A stretch of DNA of 64,000 nt, from positions 128,001 to 192,000 of the forward strand of contig CAVUWV010000013.1 in NCBI GenBank assembly GCA_963745075.1, read 5' to 3'. Below are positions 34,854 to 44,103 of this stretch, piece after piece. Source of the stretch: Candidatus Hydrogenedentota bacterium (GTDB lineage Bacteria > Hydrogenedentota > Hydrogenedentia > Hydrogenedentales > SLHB01). Every line of letters starts with the position of its first letter. The stretch's first letter is position 1. The position numbers and the translations under genes were made by a program. The notes below the pieces were generated by a model. That model was not told the DNA's origin, did no database searches, and was given only the letters and a program-made list of their open reading frames with translations.

Positions 34854-35798
34854 TCACTCGATTCGGTCGCCCACGGTGGGACGCCGCCAGACGCGAGGCC
34901 ACACCCAGGGCAAGGGGCGCATGGTGTAGCCGACGACCAGCACGAAAACGCCGTCACTCGTCGCGATCTTGAGGCGCGGGCGCGACTCGACAACCGTCCC
35001 CGGCACGTTGGGTCGGTCGCTCGGCTCGACTTTCGCGCGCGTCACGATGATGGTACGGCCGCGGTACCGCATGCGGGCAAGCGAATAGGGAAAACACCCG
35101 CGCACCTTGCGCTCCAAATCGGCCGCCGGCAGATTCCAGTCCAGGTACAGTTCATCGTCGGACAGCTTCTTGTCATACGACGCGAACGATTCGTCCTGCG
35201 GTTCGCCGTGCAGTCCATCTTCCTCGATTTGGTCCAGGAGATCGATCAACACCTCGGTGGAGAGGTCGGAACAGCGGCGCACCAGCGAGCCGGCCGTGTC
35301 GCCGTTGTGGATGCTGATGCGGTGTTGCGCGACGATATCGCCCGTGTCGATGCCTTCATTGATGATGTGAAACGTCACGCCGGTTTCCGCCTCGTTGTCG
35401 ATGATGCACGCGCGAAAGGGATTTGGGCCTCGATGGGCCGGCAACAGCGACGAATGACAGTTAAGACAGCCAATGCGGGGAATCCGTATGATCGACGGCT
35501 TGAGAATGATTGAAAACCCGCCGACCAAAATGAGGTCGGGTTTCAGAGCCGCGAGCGGGGCCAGTTCATTCTCCGTCATCTTGTCGATGAAAATGATGGG
35601 GAGACTGTGCGCCTTGGCGATGCCTGTCACCGACCGTGTGCGTGACAAGAGGCCGGACAGTGCGGGAAAGAACCAGCGTTTGAGTCCCCGGACCTGGCGT
35701 CCGTCCTGGATAACGGCACAAAGCGCATGATGGGACTCGACGATGGCACGCGCGAAACCCGTCGCCATGTAGCCGCTGCCGGCGAGCGCAATCCGCAT
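34854..35798 (-). CDS. Formyltransferase (Fmt-like, possibly a sugar N-formyltransferase)
   Basis: NCHSSLLPAHRGPNP, ETGVTFH..EGIDTGDI. Confidence 0.85.
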   Translation of the reverse strand: MRIALAGSGYMATGFARAIVESHHALCAVIQDGRQVRGLKRWFFPALSGLLSRTRSVTGIAKAHSLPIIFIDKMTENELAPLAALKPDLILVGGFSIILKPSIIRIPRIGCLNCHSSLLPAHRGPNPFRACIIDNEAETGVTFHIINEGIDTGDIVAQHRISIHNGDTAGSLVRRCSDLSTEVLIDLLDQIEEDGLHGEPQDESFASYDKKLSDDELYLDWNLPAADLERKVRGCFPYSLARMRYRGRTIIVTRAKVEPSDRPNVPGTVVESRPRLKIATSDGVFVLVVGYTMRPLPWVWPRVWRRPTVGDRIE

Positions 35799-35801
35799 CG
35801 G

Positions 35802-37519
35802 TCAGTGCTCCATGACATTCCGGTACCACGCGAAGAACATCAGCAGCGCCCAGAACTGCCGCCGGCGGTACACGTTGTGGCTGGCTGACCGCACGATCGT
35901 TTCCACGATGTGCCATTGGAACAAGCCGGTGGCGTCCACGCGTTCGGGTGTAATCGTGTGATGCGCAACACTCTCAATCACGCGGAGCACCCGGCCACTC
36001 TGTGGGATCTTGAAGCCACGCCGGGCCCGTTGCCGCACCGAGCCGGGAATGCGGTGCTTCAGCGCCAGCCGTAGCAGCGGCTTGCTTCGGACCCCGAACT
36101 TCACGTCGGCCGGCACGCGCAATACAAAATCGACAAGGTCATCGTCCAGGAAGGGATGATGCAACGTGATGCCGTGGGCCGCAGCCACACGGTCGCACTT
36201 CGTCAACAACAGGTTCGGCAGGCCCACCTGCAAATCCAGGGAGAGGACGTTCCGTGTGAGATCCGGCAGCGTGAACGTATCGCGAAGGGGGGAGCGATTT
36301 CGCCCAGTTCGAACAAGGCAGATTTCATCGCGTGCGTATACAGGTCCTCGCGTTCGCCCCGATCGAACACCGACACCAGCGACAAATACGATTCCTGGGT
36401 ATCGCGAATCGCGGCGAGGCTCTGGCTGGCGCGCCGGACAATGGCATTGGGTGGCAGCGCGGGCAACAGATCGCTCACCAATCCGGCGGGCACGAACCGC
36501 TGCGCGCCCCGGGCCTTTTCCAGGTAATGGTACCGGGCGTATCCCCCCAACAGTTCGTCAGCCCCGTGCCCCGTCAGGAAGGTCTTGCCGGCGTCCGCTG
36601 CGGCTTCCGCGATCATCCACAGCGGGAAAACCGATGCCCCGGCAACCGGTTCGTCCAGTTGCCGTACGGCTCGCTGGAACCCGTCCTCCGTAAGACGCCG
36701 CGCCGGGCAAACCGCGATCGGCAACTGCATGCGGCGGGCTGATTCCTTCGCGAGACGCGCTTCATCCTGCCACGAGCGTTCCAGGCTGACAAAGACCGGG
36801 TTGGGAGTGGGGGAAACGGCGGCGAGCGCCGCGCAATCGATGCCCGCAGACCAGAGCAAACCATCGGCCGGCGTACGCCGCACGGCCTGTTCCAGCAGTA
36901 CTCCGATCCGTTCCGCGGCAGCTTCTTTGTGAATGCCCGTGGGATGGGTGTCAAACTTCCAGACGTGGAAATCGAGCAGTTCGCGTCCGTTATACTCAAG
37001 CACGTGCCCCGGGAGGACTCGGCGCGCGCCCTGGACCATCGTCTCCGAACCCGGAACGCAACGTAACGTCAAATAGCGGTCGACCGACAGGAGATCCAGC
37101 CGCCGGGGCACCAATCCCGACGCCAACAGCGCCTTGAGTTCGGACGCGAAGAGGAGGAAATCGTCCCCCTTGAAATAGAAAAGTGGGCGCTGGCCCAGAC
37201 GGTCCCGCATCAGCCACCACCGGCCGTCTTCTTTTCGAGACACCACGGCCGAAAAGGCGCCGCGCAGATGAAGCGTTTGCGGGGTATCGCGATGGCTGCA
37301 ATCCAATCCCAACGCCGCAGCGGATATGTCTTGGTCAGACGAGTCCCGCGGGCATCCATCGAGCAGGCCTGCGGGGGATTCGATGGGATGCGACGCCGCG
37401 AGCAGAAACGCGTCGCCGGAGGCCCGATGGGACACCGTCGCCCTATCCGAAAGTGCAGCCGCCATCGCATCGACGGCCGATTTGTCCTGCTTGCCAAGAA
37501 TCCCGCAGATTGCGGCCAC
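35802..37519 (-). CDS. Asparagine synthetase B-like amidotransferase, degenerate; frameshift near 36270
   Basis: RDRLGQRPLFY, FASELKAL, LTGHGADELLGGY, HPFLD, KPLLR. N-terminus is MAAICGI. Confidence 0.85.
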
Positions 37520-37522
37520 GGC

Positions 37523-37972
37523 TCAAAACGTCCTTTTGGAATCGATAAGCAACGTTACGGGACCATCGTTGATAAGTTGTACGTCCATGTGCGCGCCGAA
37601 TTCACCGGTCTCGACCGTTAGTCCTCGATCGCGCAACGCAGATACAAACAATTCGTATAACGGCACCGCTGTTTCAGGTCTCGCAGCGCCCGTAAACGAA
37701 GGGCGTCGCCCTTTGCGGCAGTCACCGAACAGCGTGAATTGTGAAATCGCCAGAATGCTGCCGCCAATGTCTGCCACTGACCAGTTGAACTTGCGATCCT
37801 CGTCAGCGAAACATCGCAATCCTACCACCTTGTCGGCGACGAGTCTGGCGTCGTCTTCCGTATCGTCCGCGCCGACGCCAAGCAACACGAGCAACCCCTT
37901 TTTGATTTGCCCGGCGACCCTGCCGTCAATGGATACCGACGCTTCATGAACCCGCTGCACGACGGCCCTCAT
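37523..37972 (-). CDS. dtd: D-aminoacyl-tRNA deacylase
   Basis: [26 protein letters not shown]. Confidence 0.97.
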   Translation of the reverse strand: MRAVVQRVHEASVSIDGRVAGQIKKGLLVLLGVGADDTEDDARLVADKVVGLRCFADEDRKFNWSVADIGGSILAISQFTLFGDCRKGRRPSFTGAARPETAVPLYELFVSALRDRGLTVETGEFGAHMDVQLINDGPVTLLIDSKRTF

Positions 37973-38030
37973 CCGGTGTAATGAACTCCCACGTATCGTC
38001 AGTGAATGACGCAATAATGATGACAGGTTG

Positions 38031-38059
38031 AGTCTATCAAGGGGCTTCCACCAGTTCAA
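38031..38059 (-). promoter_or_regulatory. Putative sigma70 promoter of the dtd operon
   Basis: TTGAAC-17 bp-TAGACT on the minus strand. Confidence 0.55.
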
Positions 38060-38083
38060 AGGAGGCCGGGATTCAAAGAGCGA

Positions 38084-38119
38084 TAAAGAAACCCACCGCG
38101 ACTAATGCCGACGGTGGGT
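38084..38119 (-). terminator. Intrinsic terminator downstream of the 24-aa peptide gene
   Basis: ACCCACCG/CGGTGGGT stem followed by TTCTTT on the minus strand. Confidence 0.7.
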
Positions 38120-38159
38120 CTCGACCAGCCCGAATAACAGGATGCGGTGCGGTTCAACC

Positions 38160-38234
38160 TTAGTGCTGAACCGCAGGAAGCAACAATCCAATCAAGATCT
38201 GAATCAATCGAAACAGTAGATCGAAGATGCCCAT
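38160..38234 (-). CDS. 24-aa amphipathic peptide MGIFDLLFRLIQILIGLLLPAVQH
   Basis: Hand-translated. GGAGGT RBS 6 nt before the ATG, TAA stop, upstream promoter and downstream terminator. Confidence 0.7.
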   Translation of the reverse strand: MGIFDLLFRLIQILIGLLLPAVQH

Positions 38235-38333
38235 GATAAAACCTCCCTCTCCTGGGTACCGCCGGTTCGACACCATCGTTTCGTGCGGTACCCTGCGTTG
38301 TTCCCACTGCCATTGCGACTATATCACCTGGAG

Positions 38334-38362
38334 ACTATACAATCGCACACTGAAAATGTTAA
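38334..38362 (-). promoter_or_regulatory. Putative sigma70 promoter of the 24-aa peptide gene
   Basis: TTAACA-17 bp-TATAGT. Confidence 0.6.
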
Positions 38363-38692
38363 CGCAAATCCCCCCGTCGCAGCATAGCCGCTACCAAAAA
38401 GAACGCGCCTGCAGATGGTGCGAGGCACGAAAGGAACCCTGGGGCAACAATCCCTCCCGACTCGCACACAATGAGGAGATGGCCGTCCAACGCAATGAAA
38501 CGGCGTTTCGGACGGCCCTCTCGATATCGCGAATCGTTCGGGATCGGGACTGAATGGCTGGCAGAAGCAAACCGTTCGAGACGCGAAGGATCCGCAGAAT
38601 GATTTACTGAATCGCCATGGGGCAACTTCTCTGTTCCTACACTTCCCGTACAGTGCTCATCCCAGCCGAGACTACGTCCGGCTCTGGTACTG

Positions 38693-38851
38693 TTACGGAA
38701 TCGGAATGTCCTCGATTTTTGCCGCCTTTGGGCTGTCGGCGCTCACGCACTTGACCTTCCCGGTTGGCGTGTATCTGCCGCAGACGGTATCCGACTGCGC
38801 GTAACGGGGAATCATGGTGGGACGCTTGGAAATTCGCTTTGTGTGTTTCAT
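38693..38851 (-). CDS. 52-aa peptide with basic leader and two Cys (MKHTKRISKRPTMIPRYAQSDTVCGRY...KCV...IPIP)
   Basis: AGGAGG RBS about 8 nt upstream of ATG 38851; isolated in an intergenic region. Confidence 0.65.
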   Translation of the reverse strand: MKHTKRISKRPTMIPRYAQSDTVCGRYTPTGKVKCVSADSPKAAKIEDIPIP

Positions 38852-39024
38852 TGCCTTGCCTCCTGTTCTTGAGTATTGACCAATTACCTTCACATCACTC
38901 TATACTACACCGTTGGAACCGAAACGTTAGAATGTATATTCGCACCGGTGGTAAGTCTTTTGGAACAGCGAAGTTCAGCGAAGTATACTGGACTCGTAGC
39001 GGTCGGAAACGGGGAGTTTTGACC

Positions 39025-40125
39025 ATGATCGTTGGTGTGCCGAAAGAGGTCAAGCCCGGCGAGAAGCGGGTCGCCATGCTGCCCTCCGGGGTTGCCGCAT
39101 TTGCGGCACACGGCCACGAAGTGTTGGTGGAACGCGCCGCGGGCGAGGCCAGCGGCCTGACCGACGCCCAGTACCGGCAGGCGGGGGCGCGCGTCGTCCA
39201 GAAAGTGGAGAGCGTCTGGCGTCGCGCGGAGATGATCGTCAAGGTCAAGGAACCCTTCGGCGAGGAACTCGACCGGATGCGGGAAGGACAGATCGTCTAC
39301 ACCTATTTCCATCTCGCATCGGGGGAGCAGCTCACCCGGCGTCTGATGAAATACGGCGTTACGGCGGTCGCCTACGAAACTATCCAGCGCGACGACGGCA
39401 CGCTGCCCCTCCTGGTGCCCATGAGTGAAGTGGCGGGGCGTCTTGCCGTGCAAAAGGGGGCCTTCTGCCTGGAAGCGGGAAACCAGGGCAGGGGGATTCT
39501 GTTGAGCGGTGTGTCCGGCGTAAAACCCGCCCATGTCGTTATCCTCGGCGCGGGCGTGGCCGGTCAGAACGCGTGTCATATCGCGGTCGGGATGGGCGCC
39601 CACGTTACCATTCTGGACATCGACCCGTCGCGCTTGCGCTACGTGCACGATATCATGGGCGGTCACGTGACCACGCTCATGTCCAACCGCGCGACCGTCG
39701 GCGAAGAAGTGGAAAGCGCCGACCTCGTTATCGGCACCGTATTGATTCCGGGCGCCCGGGCGCCGGTGTTGGTCACGCGAGAGATGGTCAAGCGTATGCG
39801 GCCGGGGTCCGCTATTGTGGACGTGGCAATCGACCAGGGGGGATGCTGCGCCACGTCCCGGCCGACGACCCACGCCGATCCCATTTTCCGTGAATACGGG
39901 GTGGTCCACTACTGCGTGACCAATATGCCCGGGGCCGTACCGCGCACCTCCACCTACGCGCTCACGAACGTGACCCTCGGCTACGGCCTCGCCCTCGCCG
40001 ACAAGGGGATTGAACAGGCTATCGCGGAAGATCCGGCTCTTCGACGCGGACTGAACGTCTATCACGGCAAGGTCACCCATCAGGGTGTCGCCGATGCCTT
40101 CGGGCTCACGTGCGCCGAGATCTGA
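39025..40125 (+). CDS. ald: Alanine dehydrogenase
   Basis: MIVGVPKEVK, VKVKEP, PMSEVAGR, DVAIDQGGC, NMPGAVPRTST. Confidence 0.96.
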   Translation: MIVGVPKEVKPGEKRVAMLPSGVAAFAAHGHEVLVERAAGEASGLTDAQYRQAGARVVQKVESVWRRAEMIVKVKEPFGEELDRMREGQIVYTYFHLASGEQLTRRLMKYGVTAVAYETIQRDDGTLPLLVPMSEVAGRLAVQKGAFCLEAGNQGRGILLSGVSGVKPAHVVILGAGVAGQNACHIAVGMGAHVTILDIDPSRLRYVHDIMGGHVTTLMSNRATVGEEVESADLVIGTVLIPGARAPVLVTREMVKRMRPGSAIVDVAIDQGGCCATSRPTTHADPIFREYGVVHYCVTNMPGAVPRTSTYALTNVTLGYGLALADKGIEQAIAEDPALRRGLNVYHGKVTHQGVADAFGLTCAEI

Positions 40126-40126
40126 C

Positions 40127-41281
40127 ATGAACATGGCCCAAATGCGCCGGGATATCGAGTACCTGGCGGGAAATCTCACGCACCGGGGTGCGAGCACCCA
40201 AAGCGAACGGGCCGCGGCGGATTATCTTCACGAACGTTTTGTCACCTATACGCCGGACACCGAAACCGACGAATTCTTTGCCATCGAGAGTCCGTGGCTT
40301 CTGTTCGCGTCGTACTATGGGGAGTTTCTCGTTATCGCGCTGCTCGCTTTTTTGTGGCCCTGGATCGCGTTCTTTTACGGCCTGCTGGTGTTTGTGCTCT
40401 ACATGGCGGAATTCTCCGCCTACCGGGTGCTGACCCATTTGCTTCCCCAGTACGAGACGCAAAACGTCGTCGCGCGCATCCTTGGCAACGACCCACAGCG
40501 GCTGTTTATCGTCACCGCCCACTACGATTCGCCCAAGCACAGCGCGATTACGTCGGCCAAGGCTCAGCCCTGGTTGCGGCTGTTTCACATCATCCTCGTG
40601 ATTTGTATGCTCGGGATCTTAGTGAGTTGTGCCGCCGAAGCCTTGGGCCTCTTTGCGGATTCGACCGTTCGTTTGGATCTGATGCTCCGCTGGAGCGGCG
40701 TCACCGCCTTGCTCTGCGGAGCGGCCGCGCTCCTGTCATGCGAGATGTCCGGGGAATTCGTTCGTGGTGCGGCGGACAACGCCTCCGGCGTTGCGGTCCT
40801 GCTCGGGCTCGCCGAACGGTTCACGGAAGAACCCCTGCCCAATGCCAACGTCTGGCTTGTAGCAACCGGGAGCAAAGAGACTTGGTTGAGCGGCATGCGC
40901 CGGTTCATTGCGAGTCACGACTTCGACAAGAAAACGACCTACGTGTTGAACGTCGATCACGTCGGCGCGGGCGATCTCCGGTACGTCACCGCCGAAGGCA
41001 TGCTGCACCTATTTCAAAGCCCCCAGGAGATGGTCGACGCGGCCACCGCCGAGGCCCGCGCCGTCCACGCCGAACCCATGATCTGGCGCGGCCTCCCGTC
41101 GGACGCGTTCCTGCCCCTCGCACGCGGCATGAAAGCGCTCACCATCACCGCGATAGGTGGCCGTGAACTGGAGGAAGAGGAAAGTGACGATCGCCCCGGC
41201 GACATTGACTACGGGACCGTTACGAAAGCCGGCGAGTTTGCCGAGGGGATCCTGCGCCGATTGGCCGAACCGCAAAAGTAA
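40127..41281 (+). CDS. Membrane-bound M28 family peptidase
   Basis: TAHYDS, GAADNASGVA, TM segments; the usual EE motif reads SKE. Confidence 0.8.
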   Translation: MNMAQMRRDIEYLAGNLTHRGASTQSERAAADYLHERFVTYTPDTETDEFFAIESPWLLFASYYGEFLVIALLAFLWPWIAFFYGLLVFVLYMAEFSAYRVLTHLLPQYETQNVVARILGNDPQRLFIVTAHYDSPKHSAITSAKAQPWLRLFHIILVICMLGILVSCAAEALGLFADSTVRLDLMLRWSGVTALLCGAAALLSCEMSGEFVRGAADNASGVAVLLGLAERFTEEPLPNANVWLVATGSKETWLSGMRRFIASHDFDKKTTYVLNVDHVGAGDLRYVTAEGMLHLFQSPQEMVDAATAEARAVHAEPMIWRGLPSDAFLPLARGMKALTITAIGGRELEEEESDDRPGDIDYGTVTKAGEFAEGILRRLAEPQK

Positions 41282-41282
41282 A

Positions 41283-41311
41283 AGCCGGACCGATAGACTT
41301 CGGCCCGGCTT
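41283..41311. terminator. Hairpin between convergent M28 and sodA genes
   Basis: AGCCGG...CCGGCTT stem with an A-run on the left (U-tract for the minus strand). Confidence 0.5.
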
Positions 41312-41339
41312 CCGAGAGTGTGTTTTTAAGTGGTGTGCT

Positions 41340-41948
41340 TTACTTCGTCGCGGCCGTGTAGAGTTCGCCCACCTTTTTCCAGTTGATGACGTTGAAGAAC
41401 GCCGCGATGTAGTCGGGGCGCCGGTTCTGGTAGTTCAGGTAATACGCATGTTCCCATACGTCGATGCCAAGAATCGGCGTGATCCCTTGCATCAGCGGCG
41501 AATCCTGGTTGGCCGTGCTTAGCACTTTCAGCTTCCCGCCGTCCACGCAGAGCCAGCCCCAGCCGCTGCCAAACTGTCCGGCAGCCGCTCCGGAAAACGC
41601 TTCCTTGAACTTGTCAAACCCGCCCAAGTCCGACTTGATGGCGTCCGCCACCGGGCCGGAGGGTTCACCGCCCGCGTTCGGTCCGATCACCTGCCAGAAC
41701 AACGTATGGTTGGCATGTCCGCCGCCGTGGTTGATAACCGCCTGGCGCTTACCGTCCGGCACGCTCTTGATGTTTGAAAGCACGGCCTCGATGGGTTTCC
41801 CCTCGAATTCAGTCCCTTCCAGCGCGGCGTTGACCTTGTTGATGTACGCCTGATGATGTTTACCGTGGTGGATCTCCATGGTTCGCGCATCAATGTGCGG
41901 TTCCAAGGCGCCCAGGTCGTAAGGGAGGGGGGGGAGCGTGTAAGCCAT
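41340..41948 (-). CDS. sodA: Superoxide dismutase, Mn-type signature
   Basis: [34 protein letters not shown]. Confidence 0.95.
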   Translation of the reverse strand: MAYTLPPLPYDLGALEPHIDARTMEIHHGKHHQAYINKVNAALEGTEFEGKPIEAVLSNIKSVPDGKRQAVINHGGGHANHTLFWQVIGPNAGGEPSGPVADAIKSDLGGFDKFKEAFSGAAAGQFGSGWGWLCVDGGKLKVLSTANQDSPLMQGITPILGIDVWEHAYYLNYQNRRPDYIAAFFNVINWKKVGELYTAATK

Positions 41949-42098
41949 GATAGTGGCCTCCTTCCTGTGTTGCTTGATTGGATGCAGTTCATACTTGACG
42001 GCTTGCCGCCCTTGAGGGATTACTTTAGCTATAACAACAGAGGAAGGCCATTTGATTCCAGCCCATGCCCGTGCGGGGTTTGCGGACGAATCGATCTC

Positions 42099-43685
42099 TG
42101 TCAAAGCTCGATTAAAATGTCCCCGGTGTTAACTCGTTAGAAATGTCCCCTGTTTTTTGTTTTCTGCTACAGTAGGTGGACTTGGCGGGAGGATAGGGCA
42201 ACGCTGGAGAGCGACCTGAGCGCCCGTCAGGTGGATAGACGGTTCCGGGACAGCCACCCCGGGTGGGGTGGCTGTCCCGGCTTTTTGTAACCGGAATCCT
42301 GCAAAGCGAAAAACTCATTGGTTCTTTCCGATGCCACTGGCCATCATGCCACGCGCCGCTTGCGCCATGGGTGGTCGTGGCGGGGTTTTGGTTTTGATGG
42401 GGGGGTGCTGGCCTTGGGCTTTTTCGCGGCGGGCTTGGCGGGTCTGCACGGCGGTTCGTCGAGTTGTTCATAGTCGAGTTTGTGACCGTTGTACACGAGG
42501 TGAATGCTTCCATCGAGCCAAGTGCGTACGAGGACCTTGTGCTTCGGTTTGGGCAAGTGCTTCTTGGTTTTGTGTATTTGGAAAAAGCGGTTTTGGTGAC
42601 GAACGGTCCAGTCATTGCCCACGGTACGGTACTCTTCAAAGCAGAACACGTCGCGCAGGTCGACGTTCTTGGGGAGCCGACGGTGGAGGTTATGCGTCTT
42701 TTGTGCGGGACGGGCAAACTTTTCGTTGAGGTGGTCGACGAAGCCGTTTTCCAGTAAGGCATTGGTCTGCTCAATGGTGGTGATTTGGCGTAAGCGCAGT
42801 TCGTGGAACAGGCGGTCTTGATAGACGCCGTGATTGCGTTCCACCCGGCCTTTGGCTTGAGGGCTGTAGGCGGTAATGATCTGAATTCCCAGCTTTTTAC
42901 AGGCTTTTCCGAAGCTGGTCAAGGGTTCTTCGTCCGCCAACTGCTCTTCCACCGTCGGTTCGCGCTCCGTGACATATACGGTCTTGCGGTCACAATACAG
43001 CGCCTTGGGGACGCCGTAACGCTCAATCCACTTCCACAGGGTCCGCATGGCAGCCTCGGTGGTTTCTTGGACATCCATCGTAGCCAAGGTACGCCCCGTG
43101 GCGTCGTCCACCAGATTCATCAGACACGCTCGGGGATAGTCGGGACCGAACCAGGCGTGGTGACTGCCGTCGAACTGGACCAACTCTCCGAAGTGCTCCT
43201 TACGCGGCCGCCGCGTTCGATGGGGACCCCGTTTGCGGGCTCGTTGCCAAAGCCCCGCCGCAATCAGCCAGCGCCGCAGCGTCTCGTGGTCCAGCACCAA
43301 ACCCTCCTCCGCCAGCTTCTCGGCCGCCAACGTCGGACCCATGCCCTTGTAGCGCTCCTCGTAACGCGCCAGCACCTTCTCCCGCATTTCCGGGGGCTTG
43401 GCCCGCGCAGACGACTTCCCGCGCCGCCGGTGAACCAGCCCTACATCTCCTTCCCGGCGATACCGCGCATACACCCGCTTACACTGCCGGTAGCTCAACC
43501 CCAGCATCTCCGCCGCCTCACGCAGCTTCAACGCACCACTCTTCACACGATCCAACACCGACTTGCGCGTACGCTCCTTGCGACTCATCAAAATGTCCCC
43601 TTCCACGCAGCCTCCTTTCTAAGGCCGCAACCATGGGGACATTTCTAATGAGTTTTCCAGGGGACATTATCAAAGAGTTTCGACA
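42099..43685 (-). mobile_element. Complete IS1202-family (formerly ISNCY) insertion sequence, 1587 bp, with 16-bp target duplication
   Basis: Imperfect ~50-bp TIRs starting TGTC, each with two AATGTCCCC units. Flanking direct repeats CGGACGAATCGATCTC at 42083-42098 and 43686-43701. Confidence 0.9.
42344..43606 (-). CDS. DDE transposase (IS1202/ISNCY)
   Basis: N-terminal HTH, GELVQFDGSHHAW, DDAT, LYCDR, SPQAKGRVER. Confidence 0.93.
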   Translation of the reverse strand: MEGDILMSRKERTRKSVLDRVKSGALKLREAAEMLGLSYRQCKRVYARYRREGDVGLVHRRRGKSSARAKPPEMREKVLARYEERYKGMGPTLAAEKLAEEGLVLDHETLRRWLIAAGLWQRARKRGPHRTRRPRKEHFGELVQFDGSHHAWFGPDYPRACLMNLVDDATGRTLATMDVQETTEAAMRTLWKWIERYGVPKALYCDRKTVYVTEREPTVEEQLADEEPLTSFGKACKKLGIQIITAYSPQAKGRVERNHGVYQDRLFHELRLRQITTIEQTNALLENGFVDHLNEKFARPAQKTHNLHRRLPKNVDLRDVFCFEEYRTVGNDWTVRHQNRFFQIHKTKKHLPKPKHKVLVRTWLDGSIHLVYNGHKLDYEQLDEPPCRPAKPAAKKPKASTPPSKPKPRHDHPWRKRRVA

Positions 43686-43701
43686 CGGACGAATCGATCT
43701 C

Positions 43702-43730
43702 TTGACCTAGCACCGGGTCGCCGGTAGACT
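43702..43730 (+). promoter_or_regulatory. Putative sigma70 promoter of the Rieske gene
   Basis: TTGACC-17 bp-TAGACT immediately after the IS target duplication. Confidence 0.6.
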
Positions 43731-43797
43731 TTGCCGCCAAATACGCTTTTTGCCGAAGCGACGAACAGATGCCAATCCAATAGGAGCGCTTACTAGA

Positions 43798-44103
43798 ATG
43801 AGTGAAATTGTCAAGATTGCCGAAGTGAGCGAAATCCCGGACGGCGAGGGGAAAGCCGTAACCCATGGCAACCACCGCATCGCCGTGTTCAACGTGGGCG
43901 GGACCTTCCACGCTATCAGCGATTCCTGTCCCCACGCCGGTGGACCCCTTTCCGACGGCTGGCTGGACGGCACCGAGGTCACGTGCCCTTGGCACGGTTG
44001 GAGTTTCGATATCCAGCATTGTGAAGAGGATCCCAAGGACGGAGTATGCCGGTATAGAGTTCATATGGACGGCGACGACATCAAGGTGGAACTACCGGAG
44101 TGA
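43798..44103 (+). CDS. Rieske [2Fe-2S] ferredoxin
   Basis: CPHAGGPL...CPWHGWSF. Confidence 0.92.
   Translation: MSEIVKIAEVSEIPDGEGKAVTHGNHRIAVFNVGGTFHAISDSCPHAGGPLSDGWLDGTEVTCPWHGWSFDIQHCEEDPKDGVCRYRVHMDGDDIKVELPE

Noticed and set aside
38254..38293. tRNA (GGTTCGA T-loop-like)
   Set aside because: No cloverleaf; better explained as a 5' UTR hairpin.
35802..38851. Lasso peptide cluster (AsnB-like cyclase plus nearby small peptide)
   Set aside because: No B1/RRE or B2 protease gene. The peptide lacks the leader Thr(-2) and a suitably placed ring-forming Asp/Glu, and terminators separate it from the asnB operon.
42112..42774. Second IS ORF suggesting a programmed frameshift
   Set aside because: The transposase is complete in one frame; this ORF is low-complexity and runs through the terminal repeat.
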